Assembly (NCBI GenBank): GCA_963697895.1
Contig: OY969100.1
Location: 928,001-992,000 of the forward strand
Length of the DNA: 64,000 bases
Direction of reading: 5' to 3'
From: an uncultured Methanomicrobiales archaeon
GTDB lineage: Archaea; Halobacteriota; Methanomicrobia; Methanomicrobiales; Methanospirillaceae
Shown here: positions 20,767 to 31,121 of the stretch, one piece after another
Layout: the number at the start of each line of letters is the position of its first letter
Numbering within the stretch: position 1 is the stretch's first letter
The notes under the pieces: generated by a model
What the model saw: the letters and a program-made list of their open reading frames with translations, nothing else
Database searches by the model: none
What the model was told of the DNA's origin: nothing
Made by a program: the position numbers and the translations under genes

Positions 20767-21951
20767 ATGTACGACCTTGTGCAACTCCGGCAGGAGTTCC
20801 CCGTCCTGGCGAGGTGCATCTACCTGGACAGCGCATCCACCTCGCCGACACCGGTACGGTCGGTGGCAGCGATCCATGATTATTTCTCTCATTACGGGGT
20901 CAATTACGGGAGAAGGGGCCATCACCTGGCACGGATGGCCGCAGAGAAGTTCGAGGAGACCCGGGACCAGCTGGGAGGGTTTCTCGGCGTTCCCCCGGAC
21001 CAGGTGGTCTTCACCCGGAATACCACCTCGGCGATCGACCTGGTGGCCCGGGGCATCTGCTGGGAACCGGGCGACGAGGTGATGACCACTGCCCTCGAAC
21101 ACCATGCCAACCTGATCCCCTGGCTGGCATTGCGGGATCGCGGGGTAAAGGTCCGGGTGGTCCCCCAGCAGGACGGATTTGTTTTGCCAGCGGATCTGCA
21201 GGAAGCGGTTGGCCCTGCCACCCGCCTGGTTGCGGTCAACCACATGACAAATGTGCTCGGCACGGTACAACCCGTGAGGGAGTTCGCCCGGATCGCCCAT
21301 GACGCGGGTGCAGCCATACTCCTGGACGCCGCCCAGTCGGCCGGGCATATCCCTCTGCCACCTGCAGGCGGGTTTGATTACCTGGCTGTTCCGGGACACA
21401 AGGGGCTGCTGGGACCCCAGGGAACCGGGGGCCTGTACCTGTCCGACCCGGACTCTCTCGCTGTCGCCTGTGCGGGGGGCGGTATGGGTAAAGAGGCGAT
21501 GTACGATCTGCTTTCGATTCAACCCTGCCCGGACCGGTTCAGCCCCGGTACCCCGGACCTCGCCGCAGTGATCGGGCTTGGACCGGCGATCGGGCTCGTG
21601 GAGGAGCTCGGCGTCCCTGCCATCGAGGCCCATGAGAGGGCGATGGGAGATCTCCTCCGGGACGGGCTTGTGACGATCCCGGGGGTACGGGTGTACAGCC
21701 CGCCGGAAAGTACCATCATCTCGTTCGCCCTCGATACCGTGCACCCGGACGAAGTCGCTCTCCTCCTGGACAATATGGCCGGTATCTGCGTCAGTGCCGG
21801 TTTCCATTGTGCACTGCCCCTCACCCGGTCCCTCGATCCCCGCGGAACGGTGCGGGCTTCCATCGGGTGTTACACGAGCCCGGGCGATGTGGAGGCACTC
21901 GTCGAACAGGTCCGGGTGCTCGCGGCGCGGACGGGAACAGATAAGAACTAA
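20767..21951 (+). CDS. Class V PLP aminotransferase / SufS-like cysteine desulfurase
   Basis: YLDSAS, EHHAN, DAAQS, GHK, AGFHCA. Confidence 0.88.
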   Translation: MYDLVQLRQEFPVLARCIYLDSASTSPTPVRSVAAIHDYFSHYGVNYGRRGHHLARMAAEKFEETRDQLGGFLGVPPDQVVFTRNTTSAIDLVARGICWEPGDEVMTTALEHHANLIPWLALRDRGVKVRVVPQQDGFVLPADLQEAVGPATRLVAVNHMTNVLGTVQPVREFARIAHDAGAAILLDAAQSAGHIPLPPAGGFDYLAVPGHKGLLGPQGTGGLYLSDPDSLAVACAGGGMGKEAMYDLLSIQPCPDRFSPGTPDLAAVIGLGPAIGLVEELGVPAIEAHERAMGDLLRDGLVTIPGVRVYSPPESTIISFALDTVHPDEVALLLDNMAGICVSAGFHCALPLTRSLDPRGTVRASIGCYTSPGDVEALVEQVRVLAARTGTDKN

Positions 21952-21994
21952 TTCCCGGCGCTTCTCCTTTTATTCCCGGGGTTATGGAAGGCCT

Positions 21995-22047
21995 GATACG
22001 TATCTTAGTTTCATGGTTTTTATTAAGAAAATCCCTATATACGTATA
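21995..22047. promoter_or_regulatory. Promoter with two palindromes (GATACGTATC, TATACGTATA) flanking a TATA-like box
   Basis: Perfect 10-bp palindromes at 21995-22004 and 22038-22047 around TTTATTAAG. Confidence 0.5.
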
Positions 22048-22065
22048 GCCCGGTGAAAAGACCTC

Positions 22066-22701
22066 ATGAAAAAGGACGAAACCACAGAATTTAAGGAAGA
22101 GATCCGCAGTTTCTGGAGATTATCCCTCTGGAACCTGGTATTTGGATCCCTCGTCATGGCCTTTGGGATCATGTTCGTGGTGACCCGGGTGCAGGCGATG
22201 GCCCTTGCCGGGACGATCTCGGCGCTCCCGGCCGTCACGGTGGCCTTCGGGCTCATCGCCGCAGTGGTAGGCATGAAATGGATCCTGTCGAGCGTGAGAA
22301 TCTTCCGGGACGTAAAAGACATAAAGATCGCCAGCGATGCGGCCGGTGCCGGGGCGACCGAGGAAGATCTCACGGGATTCCGGATCCGGATGATGGCCCA
22401 GTACCGGGAGAAAAAGCCGATGATCCACACGATGATGCTTGTTTCCCTCGTTGGCGGCGCCTGCTTCCTCGGCCTCGGCGTCGCGAATGTGGTCCAGATC
22501 GTGATCGCGGTTGGTGCGGGAACCTTCCCGGAAAATTACCTGCTGGTCCCGGCTGCCCTGTTAAACCTCGCCATCGGGGTGATATGCCTCCTTAATTCTC
22601 TCTATTTCAGGCGATACTCGGCGGTCTGGGACAGGAGGCTCGGGGAGATCTCGCGGTCGGAGAAAATGCTCGCGGACGCGATGGAGCAGGATCACGCATG
22701 A
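22066..22701 (+). CDS. Four-TM hypothetical membrane protein
   Basis: Two TM hairpins; coupled to the downstream wHTH gene. Confidence 0.7.
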   Translation: MKKDETTEFKEEIRSFWRLSLWNLVFGSLVMAFGIMFVVTRVQAMALAGTISALPAVTVAFGLIAAVVGMKWILSSVRIFRDVKDIKIASDAAGAGATEEDLTGFRIRMMAQYREKKPMIHTMMLVSLVGGACFLGLGVANVVQIVIAVGAGTFPENYLLVPAALLNLAIGVICLLNSLYFRRYSAVWDRRLGEISRSEKMLADAMEQDHA

Positions 22702-22973
22702 CCGGGAGACGGAGCGAGTACGAGATCTACTGGGAGATACTCGTCTTCTGCAAGACACCGAAGTCGTTCACGGGGATCATCAACCGGTGCGATCTCAATT
22801 CCCGGACGGGGCAGGAGTACCTTGAGTTCCTCGTCTCCCGGGATTATCTCTCCATCGTCACGGGCGGGGGCAAAACCGCGTACCAGGCGACCGATCGCGG
22901 CCGGGAATATATCGCCCGCTTTACCGAGCTGTACCGGTCTTTGTTCGATGCGATACCCGGCTTCAAACTCTAA
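22698..22973 (+). CDS. Winged-helix transcription regulator (HTH_45-like)
   Basis: RRSxYEIYxEIL...LN...YLxFL...YxxTxRG; ATGA overlap. Confidence 0.8.
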   Translation: MTGRRSEYEIYWEILVFCKTPKSFTGIINRCDLNSRTGQEYLEFLVSRDYLSIVTGGGKTAYQATDRGREYIARFTELYRSLFDAIPGFKL

Positions 22974-23232
22974 CGGGTATCCGCGATCTTCCGGATACGT
23001 GTTACCCCGGTTGATTCCACGGAGTCATATGAAAAACAGAATCGCCGGGTTAAAGGACTATGAATCATAATCACCGGATCACGTTACCGGGCTCTACCAT
23101 TCGCCACATGCCGCAGATGGTTCCTAATCAGCCGGGTCCAAAAAAAGAACAGTAATTATCTCAGGACTCTATACACAGTTTGATCATTCCCATAACCGCC
23201 TTCTCAAATCCGGGTATGAATACGAGGAAACC

Positions 23233-24402
23233 ATGGAACCCTCCCGTCAAACCGCTGATGGACATACAGAAATGACGTCTATTCCGGAGATCGGCGGCCG
23301 GATGACCGAAGACATGGACGACCGTTACTGCCGCCGGCTCCTGGACGAGAGCATCGACCGTGCCGTCCGGCAGACGATCCGAATCATCGTCGCAAACCCG
23401 TCCCTCGCCCTGTTCGCGGCAAATACCCTGATTGCGCAGAAAAAAGCCGCACGGCGACGCGATCGATACGGCCGGGAGGGGATCCCTGTGCCTGCGGTGT
23501 TGATCGTGAGCATCACGAACCGGTGTAACCTTTCGTGCAAAGGGTGCTATATGCGGGCGCAGCACCGGCCGTCCGCACCGGAGATGACCCCGGACCAGCT
23601 CCGGTCTGTGGTATTCCAGGCCGCAGAACTCGGTGTCTCGTTCATCGTCCTCGCCGGGGGAGAACCCCTGGTCAGGAAGGACGAGATTTTCCGGCTCTCC
23701 TTGGAATTCCCCGCAATGATCTTCGCTGTTTTCACGAACGGCCTCCTAATCGACGAGCTGACGGCGGCATCTTTCTCCCGGCAGAAAAACATCGTCCCGG
23801 TCCTCAGCTTCGAGGGGTTCGAGCGGGAAACGGATGCCCGTCGGGGGGAAGGGGTGTTCCGGCATCTCATGAGCACCTGCGCAATTCTCACCCGGAAGGG
23901 GGTCTTCTTCGGGTGTTCCTTAACCGTAACCCGCGCCAATCATGCCCTCGTCACGGACAAGACCTTCATCGGCCGGATGATAGGGGCCGGTTGCAGGATA
24001 TTCACGTTCGTCGATTACGTCCCGATTCAGCCGGATACCGAAGATCTTTTCCTGACCGGACCGCAGCGGCAGTCCCTGATCGCCCGCATCGGGGATTTCA
24101 GCCGTAAATTCCCCGCACTGTTCATCGGGTTCCCCGGCGACGAGGAGATCTTCGGCGGCTGCCTTTCGGCAGGGAGGGGTTTTATCCACGTCAGTGCATC
24201 CGGAGACCTCGAACCCTGCCCCGCCGCTCCGTTCTCGGATGCGAACCTCACGAAGGTTCCGCTGAAGGATGCCCTTCAGTCCTCCTTCCTGGAAAAGATC
24301 CGGAGCCACCACGAAAAGCTCACCGAGACCGAAGGGGGCTGTGCTCTTTGGACAAACCGCGAGTGGGTATCGGCTATTCTCTCCGGAAGCAAAGGGGAAT
24401 GA
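23233..24402 (+). CDS. Radical SAM/SPASM protein (start uncertain)
   Basis: CNLSCKGC, GGEP, GCLSAG..GDLEPC. Confidence 0.88.
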   Translation: MEPSRQTADGHTEMTSIPEIGGRMTEDMDDRYCRRLLDESIDRAVRQTIRIIVANPSLALFAANTLIAQKKAARRRDRYGREGIPVPAVLIVSITNRCNLSCKGCYMRAQHRPSAPEMTPDQLRSVVFQAAELGVSFIVLAGGEPLVRKDEIFRLSLEFPAMIFAVFTNGLLIDELTAASFSRQKNIVPVLSFEGFERETDARRGEGVFRHLMSTCAILTRKGVFFGCSLTVTRANHALVTDKTFIGRMIGAGCRIFTFVDYVPIQPDTEDLFLTGPQRQSLIARIGDFSRKFPALFIGFPGDEEIFGGCLSAGRGFIHVSASGDLEPCPAAPFSDANLTKVPLKDALQSSFLEKIRSHHEKLTETEGGCALWTNREWVSAILSGSKGE

Positions 24403-24470
24403 AATCCCCGATCACCGCGTGATACGGAAGGGGATCGGGGGAATTTCTTTTCGAGAGACGGGGGGACCCA

Positions 24471-25229
24471 TTACGAAGCAGGCGTTCCGAAGGTGACATA
24501 CCCGACGATGGTGCTGTTCCCGGCACTGTTGCTGACCATGAGGGTGACGATGAACGTGCCGTTGCGGGGGTACGTATGGACCGGGTTCTGCAGGTCCGAA
24601 CTCGCACCGTCTCCAAAATCCCACTCCCAGCTGGTCGGAATGCCGGTGGAGCGATCTATAAATTCAACCGTCGTCGGTTGTGCAGCCGTCGGGGGGTTTA
24701 CCGCAAACGCTGCGTTCGGAGGTACCGCTTCTGGATTCACCGTGATATAATACGATTTGGTCTCCGTGTTGCTCCCTCCGCTGTTTGACGCCTCCAGCCG
24801 GACGGTGTAGGAACCGGGTTCGGAATAGACATGCACGGGGTTCTCCCCGGTGGAAGAATTGCCGTCTCCAAAATCCCATGCCCAGCTGGTCGGGGATCCG
24901 GTGGACGAATCGGTGAACCTGACCGTGAGAGGAGCCTTGCCAGCGGTCGGGTTCGCGGTAAAATCGGCGATCGGATGTGGGACCATGCTGGGGGTTATCA
25001 TAGGACTCATGGTAAATGCCGGTGTTTCCGTTACCGAAGCGATCGGGGTGGGAGGGGGTATCGTGCCCTGGCATTCCCTGCAGGGAGTTGCGGTCGTTTC
25101 CGGAGAAGCGGGCGTTCCCATCGGGGTAATCGTATGAGTGAGCGGGGGACCGGGGGGCTGGCTTACGCATCCTGCCAGGAGCATGACGATGATGATCCAT
25201 ACCAACAGGGATACAGTCAGTAGTTTCAT
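24471..25229 (-). CDS. PKD-domain lipoprotein
   Basis: LAGC lipobox, PT-rich linker, two WDFGDG PKD domains. Confidence 0.88.
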   Translation of the reverse strand: MKLLTVSLLVWIIIVMLLAGCVSQPPGPPLTHTITPMGTPASPETTATPCRECQGTIPPPTPIASVTETPAFTMSPMITPSMVPHPIADFTANPTAGKAPLTVRFTDSSTGSPTSWAWDFGDGNSSTGENPVHVYSEPGSYTVRLEASNSGGSNTETKSYYITVNPEAVPPNAAFAVNPPTAAQPTTVEFIDRSTGIPTSWEWDFGDGASSDLQNPVHTYPRNGTFIVTLMVSNSAGNSTIVGYVTFGTPAS

Positions 25230-25293
25230 GATCCGAAATCTCCGAACGTTCGACGAAAGAAAATGGCGATTCTTATCAAAATAAAAATACCCT

Positions 25294-25968
25294 CTACCCG
25301 TCGCTCACGACTTTCCCGTCCTTTAACCGTATTATCCTGTTGAAATACTCCCGGTGCCACTCCTCGTGGGAGACCATCACGATCGTCTGCTGCATCTGGC
25401 TGTTGATCTCCCGGAAAAGGTCGAGCACCATCCGCGAGTTCTCGGTATCCAGGTTCGCGCACGGTTCGTCGGCAAAGAGGATCTCCGGCCGGTTCACCAT
25501 CGCCCGGGCGACGGCGACCCGCTGCTGTTGTCCCCCGGAGAGCTCGCTCTGGAGATGCCCGCGGCGGTCGCAGAGCCCGATCCGGTGGAGGATATCTATG
25601 GTGGCCGCGGTGTACTCCTCCTCCGTCCGGTCCTGCCGGAGCATCGCCGGGAGCGAGACGTTCTCCATCACGGTCAGTTCCGGGATGAGGGCATAGTCCT
25701 GGAAGACATAGCCGAGTTTGTACAGTCGGAACATCGTCTTTTCATAGTCGGTGAGGGTGCCCACATCGATCCCTTCGATCTCGATCCGTCCGCTCGTGGG
25801 GACGTCGAGCAGCCCGAGCATATGAAGGAGTGTCGTCTTGCCGCTCCCGCTCGCCCCCATGATCCCGACGAACTCGCCCTTCCCGATGGTGAGATCCACC
25901 CCGTCGAGCGCTTTCACCTCGACCGTGCCCATCTGGTATATTTTTCTGAGGTCTTTTGTTTTGATCAT
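25294..25968 (-). CDS. ABC transporter ATP-binding protein (LolD/MacB family)
   Basis: GASGSGKT, LSGGQQQRV, DEP. Confidence 0.93.
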   Translation of the reverse strand: MIKTKDLRKIYQMGTVEVKALDGVDLTIGKGEFVGIMGASGSGKTTLLHMLGLLDVPTSGRIEIEGIDVGTLTDYEKTMFRLYKLGYVFQDYALIPELTVMENVSLPAMLRQDRTEEEYTAATIDILHRIGLCDRRGHLQSELSGGQQQRVAVARAMVNRPEILFADEPCANLDTENSRMVLDLFREINSQMQQTIVMVSHEEWHREYFNRIIRLKDGKVVSDG

Positions 25969-25973
25969 CGAAA

Positions 25974-27188
25974 TCAGCCCTTCATGACATCCTGGATGTT
26001 CTCACGGGCCACTTTCCAGGCAGGGACATACCCGGCGATGACCGATGCGACGAAGAGGATGATGCCGTTGTACATCAGGTCCCCGATCGTCACATACGGG
26101 GTCGCAGAGAACTCAGGGGTCACCATCGGGTAGAACGTCATGTAGAGGACGAGAAGCCCGGTGAAGGCGAATCCAAGCAGGATCCCCGCGATGGAGAGGA
26201 TGATCACCTGGAACCCGTAGCTGTGCATGATGACGGTCCTGTCCACCCCGATCGCTTTCAGGATCCCGATCTGGCGGCGGTTATTCAGGGTTTTGATCAT
26301 GATGACGATGAAGAGGACGACGACCGCGATCACGAGGCTGACGAGCATCGAGACGAGACCGATGATCGAGAAACTCGCGAGTGCCCGGCCCATCCCTTTC
26401 GCGATCACGTCCTGGGTGGTCTGGACCTTCTCCATGACCCCGTATTGGAGGAGTTCGTTCTTGACGGATTGCTCGGAATATCCAGGTTTTACCTTCACCG
26501 TGATGTACGGTGCATGATCGAGCGTCTCCCCGGTCACCTCCTCCATATCCGACCAGGTGGTGTACACCCGGCTGTCCATGTCGTAATTCCCGGTGGTGAA
26601 GATCCCCTTGACCCGGTACTCCCGGGAATAGCCGTTCGCGTATTCGACGGTGATCGAATCCCCGACCCGGACCCCGCCAAGGGACGGGGTATATTCATCC
26701 TCCTCGAGTACATTCGGGGAACCGGCTACTGCACTCCCGATGATAGCCTCGCCGATGTCACCGTCCCCGAGGTAACTCCCCGCGATCATCCGGGTATAGA
26801 GGGGCGATACGTACATCTCTTCCCGCGGTTCTATCGCGTTGACCGAAGCCCCGAGTATCCTCCCCCTGAATTTCAGGGTCGCCCCCATCTCATAATGCGG
26901 GGTCGCCCGCTCGACACCGGGCATCCCGTTGATCAGGTCGAGCGTCGCACCGAGATCGCTGATGTACTGGTCGCCCGATTTCGGTGTGACCAGGATATTT
27001 GAGGTCTGGTAGTCCACGATCTGCTTCGTGATATCCACCCCGATCCCGTTGATCAGGGCAGGGAAGAAGATCATGTTCGTGAAGACCATGCTGATGATCA
27101 GCACGTTGAGGAATACGCTCGAGCGGTTCCCCCGGATCAGTGAACGCCAGGCAAGGAATAACGCGACCTTCAGTTCTTTTTTACCCAT
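25974..27188 (-). CDS. ABC transporter permease (FtsX/MacB family)
   Basis: TM helix, large extracellular loop, RRQIGILKAIG, YVPAWKVAR. Confidence 0.88.
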   Translation of the reverse strand: MGKKELKVALFLAWRSLIRGNRSSVFLNVLIISMVFTNMIFFPALINGIGVDITKQIVDYQTSNILVTPKSGDQYISDLGATLDLINGMPGVERATPHYEMGATLKFRGRILGASVNAIEPREEMYVSPLYTRMIAGSYLGDGDIGEAIIGSAVAGSPNVLEEDEYTPSLGGVRVGDSITVEYANGYSREYRVKGIFTTGNYDMDSRVYTTWSDMEEVTGETLDHAPYITVKVKPGYSEQSVKNELLQYGVMEKVQTTQDVIAKGMGRALASFSIIGLVSMLVSLVIAVVVLFIVIMIKTLNNRRQIGILKAIGVDRTVIMHSYGFQVIILSIAGILLGFAFTGLLVLYMTFYPMVTPEFSATPYVTIGDLMYNGIILFVASVIAGYVPAWKVARENIQDVMKG

Positions 27189-28439
27189 GGGAAGGCTCCG
27201 TTCCCGTTCTTCCTCGGGAGGTACCAGGTACCGGTACGCAACGAATCCGCCGCCGATGATGACCAGGACGATGACGATGATTATCCCGGTATTATCCTGG
27301 GGTATCACCCGGAGGGACATCTCCCGGACCTCGGTATGCGTCCCGAGATCGTCGACATAGGTGATGGTCGCGTTGTACGCATACGTCCCGCCCGATCCGC
27401 CGTCCATCATGAAGATGGCAGGTGCATCGTTGCCCGGCTTGATCTTCCCGATAAACGACTGCTTGGTCCCGGTCATCGGCAGGTCCACGATTGCCGCCAC
27501 CTGCTTCGCCTCGCCGGTGCCGGTGTTCTCGATCCGGATGGTCAGATCGAACGGCTGGTTCGCGGCGACCCTCCTCGGGCTGGTATCGACCGAGACGAAC
27601 CCCAGTTCGCCCTTGCCCTGGAGCATCACGTCGATCCCGGTCGACTGGGTCTGGGGAGTACCGTCGATCGCGGTATACTGGATGGTAAGCGGTATCCGGA
27701 TCAGTCCCGGGCTTGCTTTTTTGTCGGAGAGGAGCATCAACGGGGTGCTCTGCTGCCCGCCTGCGGGGATCATCCCGAGGTGATAGACATCCGTGGTCTT
27801 CGGCGCAACCATGGCGCTGACGTTCTCGATGGTGACGACCACGTCATCGGCGAGGGTCTCTCCCCGGTTGTTCACGGTCAGCGTGACCGGGATCTCCTCG
27901 CCCGGGTTCACGACATCGGGGAGCGTGCTCTCCGCGATGAGGATCGCCCCCTTCTGGATCCCGATCGCGGTGTTGACATTTACCGGGATCGGGTACCGAG
28001 TGCTCCTCCCCCCCGAGGTGTCGATCCATACCTCCGGGTAGTACATCCCGCTCTGGTCCGGGGCACGGATGGTGAACGTGATCGGGATGGACTGGCCGGG
28101 ACCGATCTCACCGACCCGGTCGAAGTCCTGGCTGGTGACGGTGATCCCGTTCCCCGACAGGCTCACGTGCTCGATATTCACGTTGATATCCGTGATCTTC
28201 GTCGAGGTGAACTCGCTGGGGGAGACCATGCCGTTATTTTGCGTCATGACCGCGCTCGATGCGGTATTCTTGATCGTGACGGTGATCGTCCCGAGGCTGC
28301 CGGGCATGAGCACCGACGGGTTCACCCGGTAGTCGGTGATCATCACGGTCGGTTCGCCTTCGGCAGACGCCGGGATTACAAAACCCGCGATGAGGCTGAG
28401 TGCAATTGCGAATATGATACTGATGGGAATTAATTTCAT
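27170..28439 (-). CDS. COG1361-like S-layer domain protein (apparent fusion to the permease probably due to a +1 indel near 27228)
   Basis: Signal peptide and Ig-like domains; removing one C gives the ending YRYWYLPRKNGNGAFPWVKKN-stop, overlapping the permease ATG. Confidence 0.78.
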
Positions 28440-28529
28440 GGTACTCTTATCCTTTCAGATTTTTTTTTGAAAGATACGGGTGATGCCTTCGGCGGCACTC
28501 CGTCGTGGTTCCGCTGGTACACGGGATGT

Positions 28530-29015
28530 TCATGGGGCAGCACCTGCCGCGGTAACGAGGGTAAGAAGTTCGTGGATCTTCTGATCGTCCCCGATCTCTT
28601 TTCTCGTGAGGGTGATCTCTCCCGCGACCTTCTCTCCTTTCGCTTCGAGCGCCCTGCGAAGGATCGGGAGGGTATCCCCGGACTTTGCTCCACAGGTCGC
28701 GAAGATCACGGCGGACTTCCCTTCGCATCCCTCGAGCGCCGCAATGGCTGCGTTGATCGCGGGCGTCGCTTTCCATGCCCAGACCGGCGTGCCGATCACT
28801 ATCTGATCGTACGGAGAGACATCGATCTTCTCCGGGACGATCGGATCCCGGTCCTCCCTTCGTGCCCGTAAACACCCGGATGTGTATGCGGTGAGTGAGG
28901 AATAGTGCTCTTTGGGCTGTACTTCGACGAGGTCTCCCCCGCAGGAATTCCGGATCTTTTCCGCGACACCGCGGGTGATGCCGGAATATGAATGGTAAAT
29001 GATGCAGGTCTTCAT
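28530..29015 (-). CDS. Flavodoxin family protein
   Basis: YHSYSGITR, IVIGTPVW, FATCG. Confidence 0.85.
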   Translation of the reverse strand: MKTCIIYHSYSGITRGVAEKIRNSCGGDLVEVQPKEHYSSLTAYTSGCLRARREDRDPIVPEKIDVSPYDQIVIGTPVWAWKATPAINAAIAALEGCEGKSAVIFATCGAKSGDTLPILRRALEAKGEKVAGEITLTRKEIGDDQKIHELLTLVTAAGAAP

Positions 29016-29413
29016 GGTCTTCCCGCTCCCTTTTCCGGGTATACGTCTCCGGTGCGATTTCCCGGGTCCGGTTCACTATCCTGCCGGGCGTACCCCTCAT
29101 CCTGATCGCATTTTCCCATGATGCAATTGTTCAGGAATGCGGACTGCCCCTGGTAGTGCAGCAGCCGTTCCCGGTTGAAGCTGAAGTACATGCGGTATCC
29201 CTCCTTCCGGGCTTCGACGATCTGCACCCCCTTCAGGATCTTCAGGTGCTGGGTGACTGCCGGCTGGGATATCCCGAGGAGCCGGGCGAGATCCCCGACC
29301 CCGAGGGTCCCGCTTGGATCTGTCGCGAGGAAATAGATGATCTTGAGGCGGTTTGGGTCGCCAAGGGCCTTGAAAAAGCCGGCCATCTCCCCGAGGACAT
29401 CTTCGGTGCTCAT
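29012..29413 (-). CDS. ArsR/SmtB family regulator
   Basis: FKALGDPNRLKI...SQPAVTQHLKILK. Confidence 0.9.
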   Translation of the reverse strand: MSTEDVLGEMAGFFKALGDPNRLKIIYFLATDPSGTLGVGDLARLLGISQPAVTQHLKILKGVQIVEARKEGYRMYFSFNRERLLHYQGQSAFLNNCIMGKCDQDEGYARQDSEPDPGNRTGDVYPEKGAGRP

Positions 29414-29608
29414 GATTCTCCATAAGTTATTGACTATAGAGTTATATGCTTTCTGGATATGCCCGCAAAATATCCAGGTGCGGAGATCGTCCCCGCGACC
29501 GAATCGATTCGGGGATGACCCCCGATAACGTATGAGAAAAGGGTGGAGGAGGATCCCGATACGGGATCCGATCCCTCCTTTCATTCATTCATCCGGCACT
29601 TCCGGGGG

Positions 29609-30970
29609 TCAATGCTTCTGTTTCACCGCAAAAATAATCTGGATCGAATCGCTGTACTCCCCGCGGTACAGGTCAGTGCCGTTGAAGTGCGCACGGAAAC
29701 AGTATTTGCCGGCGTCAAACATCCCACTGAAGTTATATTTGCCGTTTGCATCGGTGATGGCGGGGGTGGCGTTGAAGAGGGTCCAGTTGTGGCAGTCGGG
29801 GGAGACCTCAAGGGTGATATTCATCCCGGAGAGCGGGGCGTGCTTCTCGGTCTTCAGGAACCCGGTGAACGTGATCGTCTGGTTCGGTAACGGCTTCGTG
29901 TTGTTTATGTACAGGGAGAGATCAGTATCTCCTCTTTCCACCTTCACCTGCTCCGAATCGCTGTACTCCCCGCGGTACTGGTCTGTGCCGTTAAAGTGCG
30001 CACGGAAACAGTATTTTCCTGCGGTGAACATCCCGCTGAAGTTGTATTTGCCGTTTGCATCGGTGATCGCCGGGGTTGTGTTGAAGAGGGTCCAGTTATG
30101 GCAGTCGGGGGAGACCTCGAGGGTGATATTCATCCCGGAGAGCGGGGCGTGCTTCTCGGTCTTCAGGAACCCGGTGAACGTGATCGTCTGGTTCGGTAAC
30201 GGCTTCGTGTTGTTTATGTACAGGGAGAGATCAGTATCTCCTCTTTCCACTTTCACCTGTTCCGAATCGCTGTACTCCCCGCGGTACTGGTCTGTGCCGT
30301 TGAAGTGCGCACGGAAGCAATATTTGCCGGCGTCAAGCATCCCGCTGAAGTTGTATTTGCCGTTTGCATCGGTGATCGCCGGGGTGGCGTTGAAGAGGGT
30401 CCAGTTATGGCAGTCGGGGGAGACCTCGAGGGTGATATTCATCCCGGAGAGCGGGGCGTGCTTCTCGGTCTTCAGGAACCCGGTGAACGTGATCGTCTGG
30501 TTCGGTAACGGATTCGTATCGTTGATGTACAGGGAGAGATCGGTATCTCCTCTTTCCACTTTCACCTGTTCCGAATCGCTGTACTCCCCGCGGTACTGGT
30601 CTGTGCCGTTGAAATGGACACGGAAGCAATATTTGCCGGCGTCAAGCATCCCGCTGAAGTTGTATTTGCCATTTGCATCGGTGATGGCGGGGGTGGCGTT
30701 GAAGAGGGTCCAGTTGTGGCAGTCGGGGGAGACCTCGAGGGTGATATTCATCCCGGAGAGCGGGGCGTGCTTCTCGGTCTTCAGGAACCCGGTGAACGTG
30801 ATCGTCTGGTTCGGTAACGGATTCGTGTTGTTTATGTACAGGGAGAGATCGGTATCCCTGCCGCCCGAATACGCGCCGACCGGGCCGGCTATGCAAAAAG
30901 TCGCCAGTAGGATGAGAAGAACACAGAGAAATATCCCTGAGTTCTTGTGTAGTCGTATCGTGTTATCCAC
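29609..30970 (-). CDS. Secreted protein of four near-identical 103-aa Ig-like repeats
   Basis: Signal peptide; repeat DTDLSLYIN...TDANGKYNF...RAHFNGT. Confidence 0.8.
   Translation of the reverse strand: MDNTIRLHKNSGIFLCVLLILLATFCIAGPVGAYSGGRDTDLSLYINNTNPLPNQTITFTGFLKTEKHAPLSGMNITLEVSPDCHNWTLFNATPAITDANGKYNFSGMLDAGKYCFRVHFNGTDQYRGEYSDSEQVKVERGDTDLSLYINDTNPLPNQTITFTGFLKTEKHAPLSGMNITLEVSPDCHNWTLFNATPAITDANGKYNFSGMLDAGKYCFRAHFNGTDQYRGEYSDSEQVKVERGDTDLSLYINNTKPLPNQTITFTGFLKTEKHAPLSGMNITLEVSPDCHNWTLFNTTPAITDANGKYNFSGMFTAGKYCFRAHFNGTDQYRGEYSDSEQVKVERGDTDLSLYINNTKPLPNQTITFTGFLKTEKHAPLSGMNITLEVSPDCHNWTLFNATPAITDANGKYNFSGMFDAGKYCFRAHFNGTDLYRGEYSDSIQIIFAVKQKH
29640..30858. repeat. Four intragenic tandem repeats with a 309-bp period
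   Basis: Near-identical blocks recur at 309-bp spacing (for example 29996, 30305, 30614). Confidence 0.92.
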
Positions 30971-31121
30971 CTCGTGTAGTGAATTTGGGTAAAGGCATAA
31001 ATATTTTTCGTATGATATATTAAGGAGATTATGGTCTTGTTCCCGGATTAAACCGGATATCCGCCCCTCGTTTCAGTTTAGACAAACCTTAACGTCCTCA
31101 CCTTTCCAAGTTATTGGCACT

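Noticed and set aside
25974-28439. 821-aa fusion of an S-layer-domain protein and an ABC permease
   Set aside because: Removing one C near 27228 gives a natural C-terminus and a stop overlapping the permease ATG. Given the other indels in the window, an artefact is more likely than a novel fusion.
29421-29450. ArsR operator upstream of the ArsR gene
   Set aside because: Only a weak, imperfect AT-rich dyad that cannot be distinguished from the promoter itself.
29640-30858. Possible CRISPR array or other non-coding repeat array
   Set aside because: The units are 309 bp, in frame and lack unique spacers. No cas genes or short repeat-spacer arrays were seen anywhere in the window.
29532-30992. 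486-aa repetitive ORF on the + strand
   Set aside because: Antisense shadow of the repeat protein, which has the signal peptide and plausible composition.
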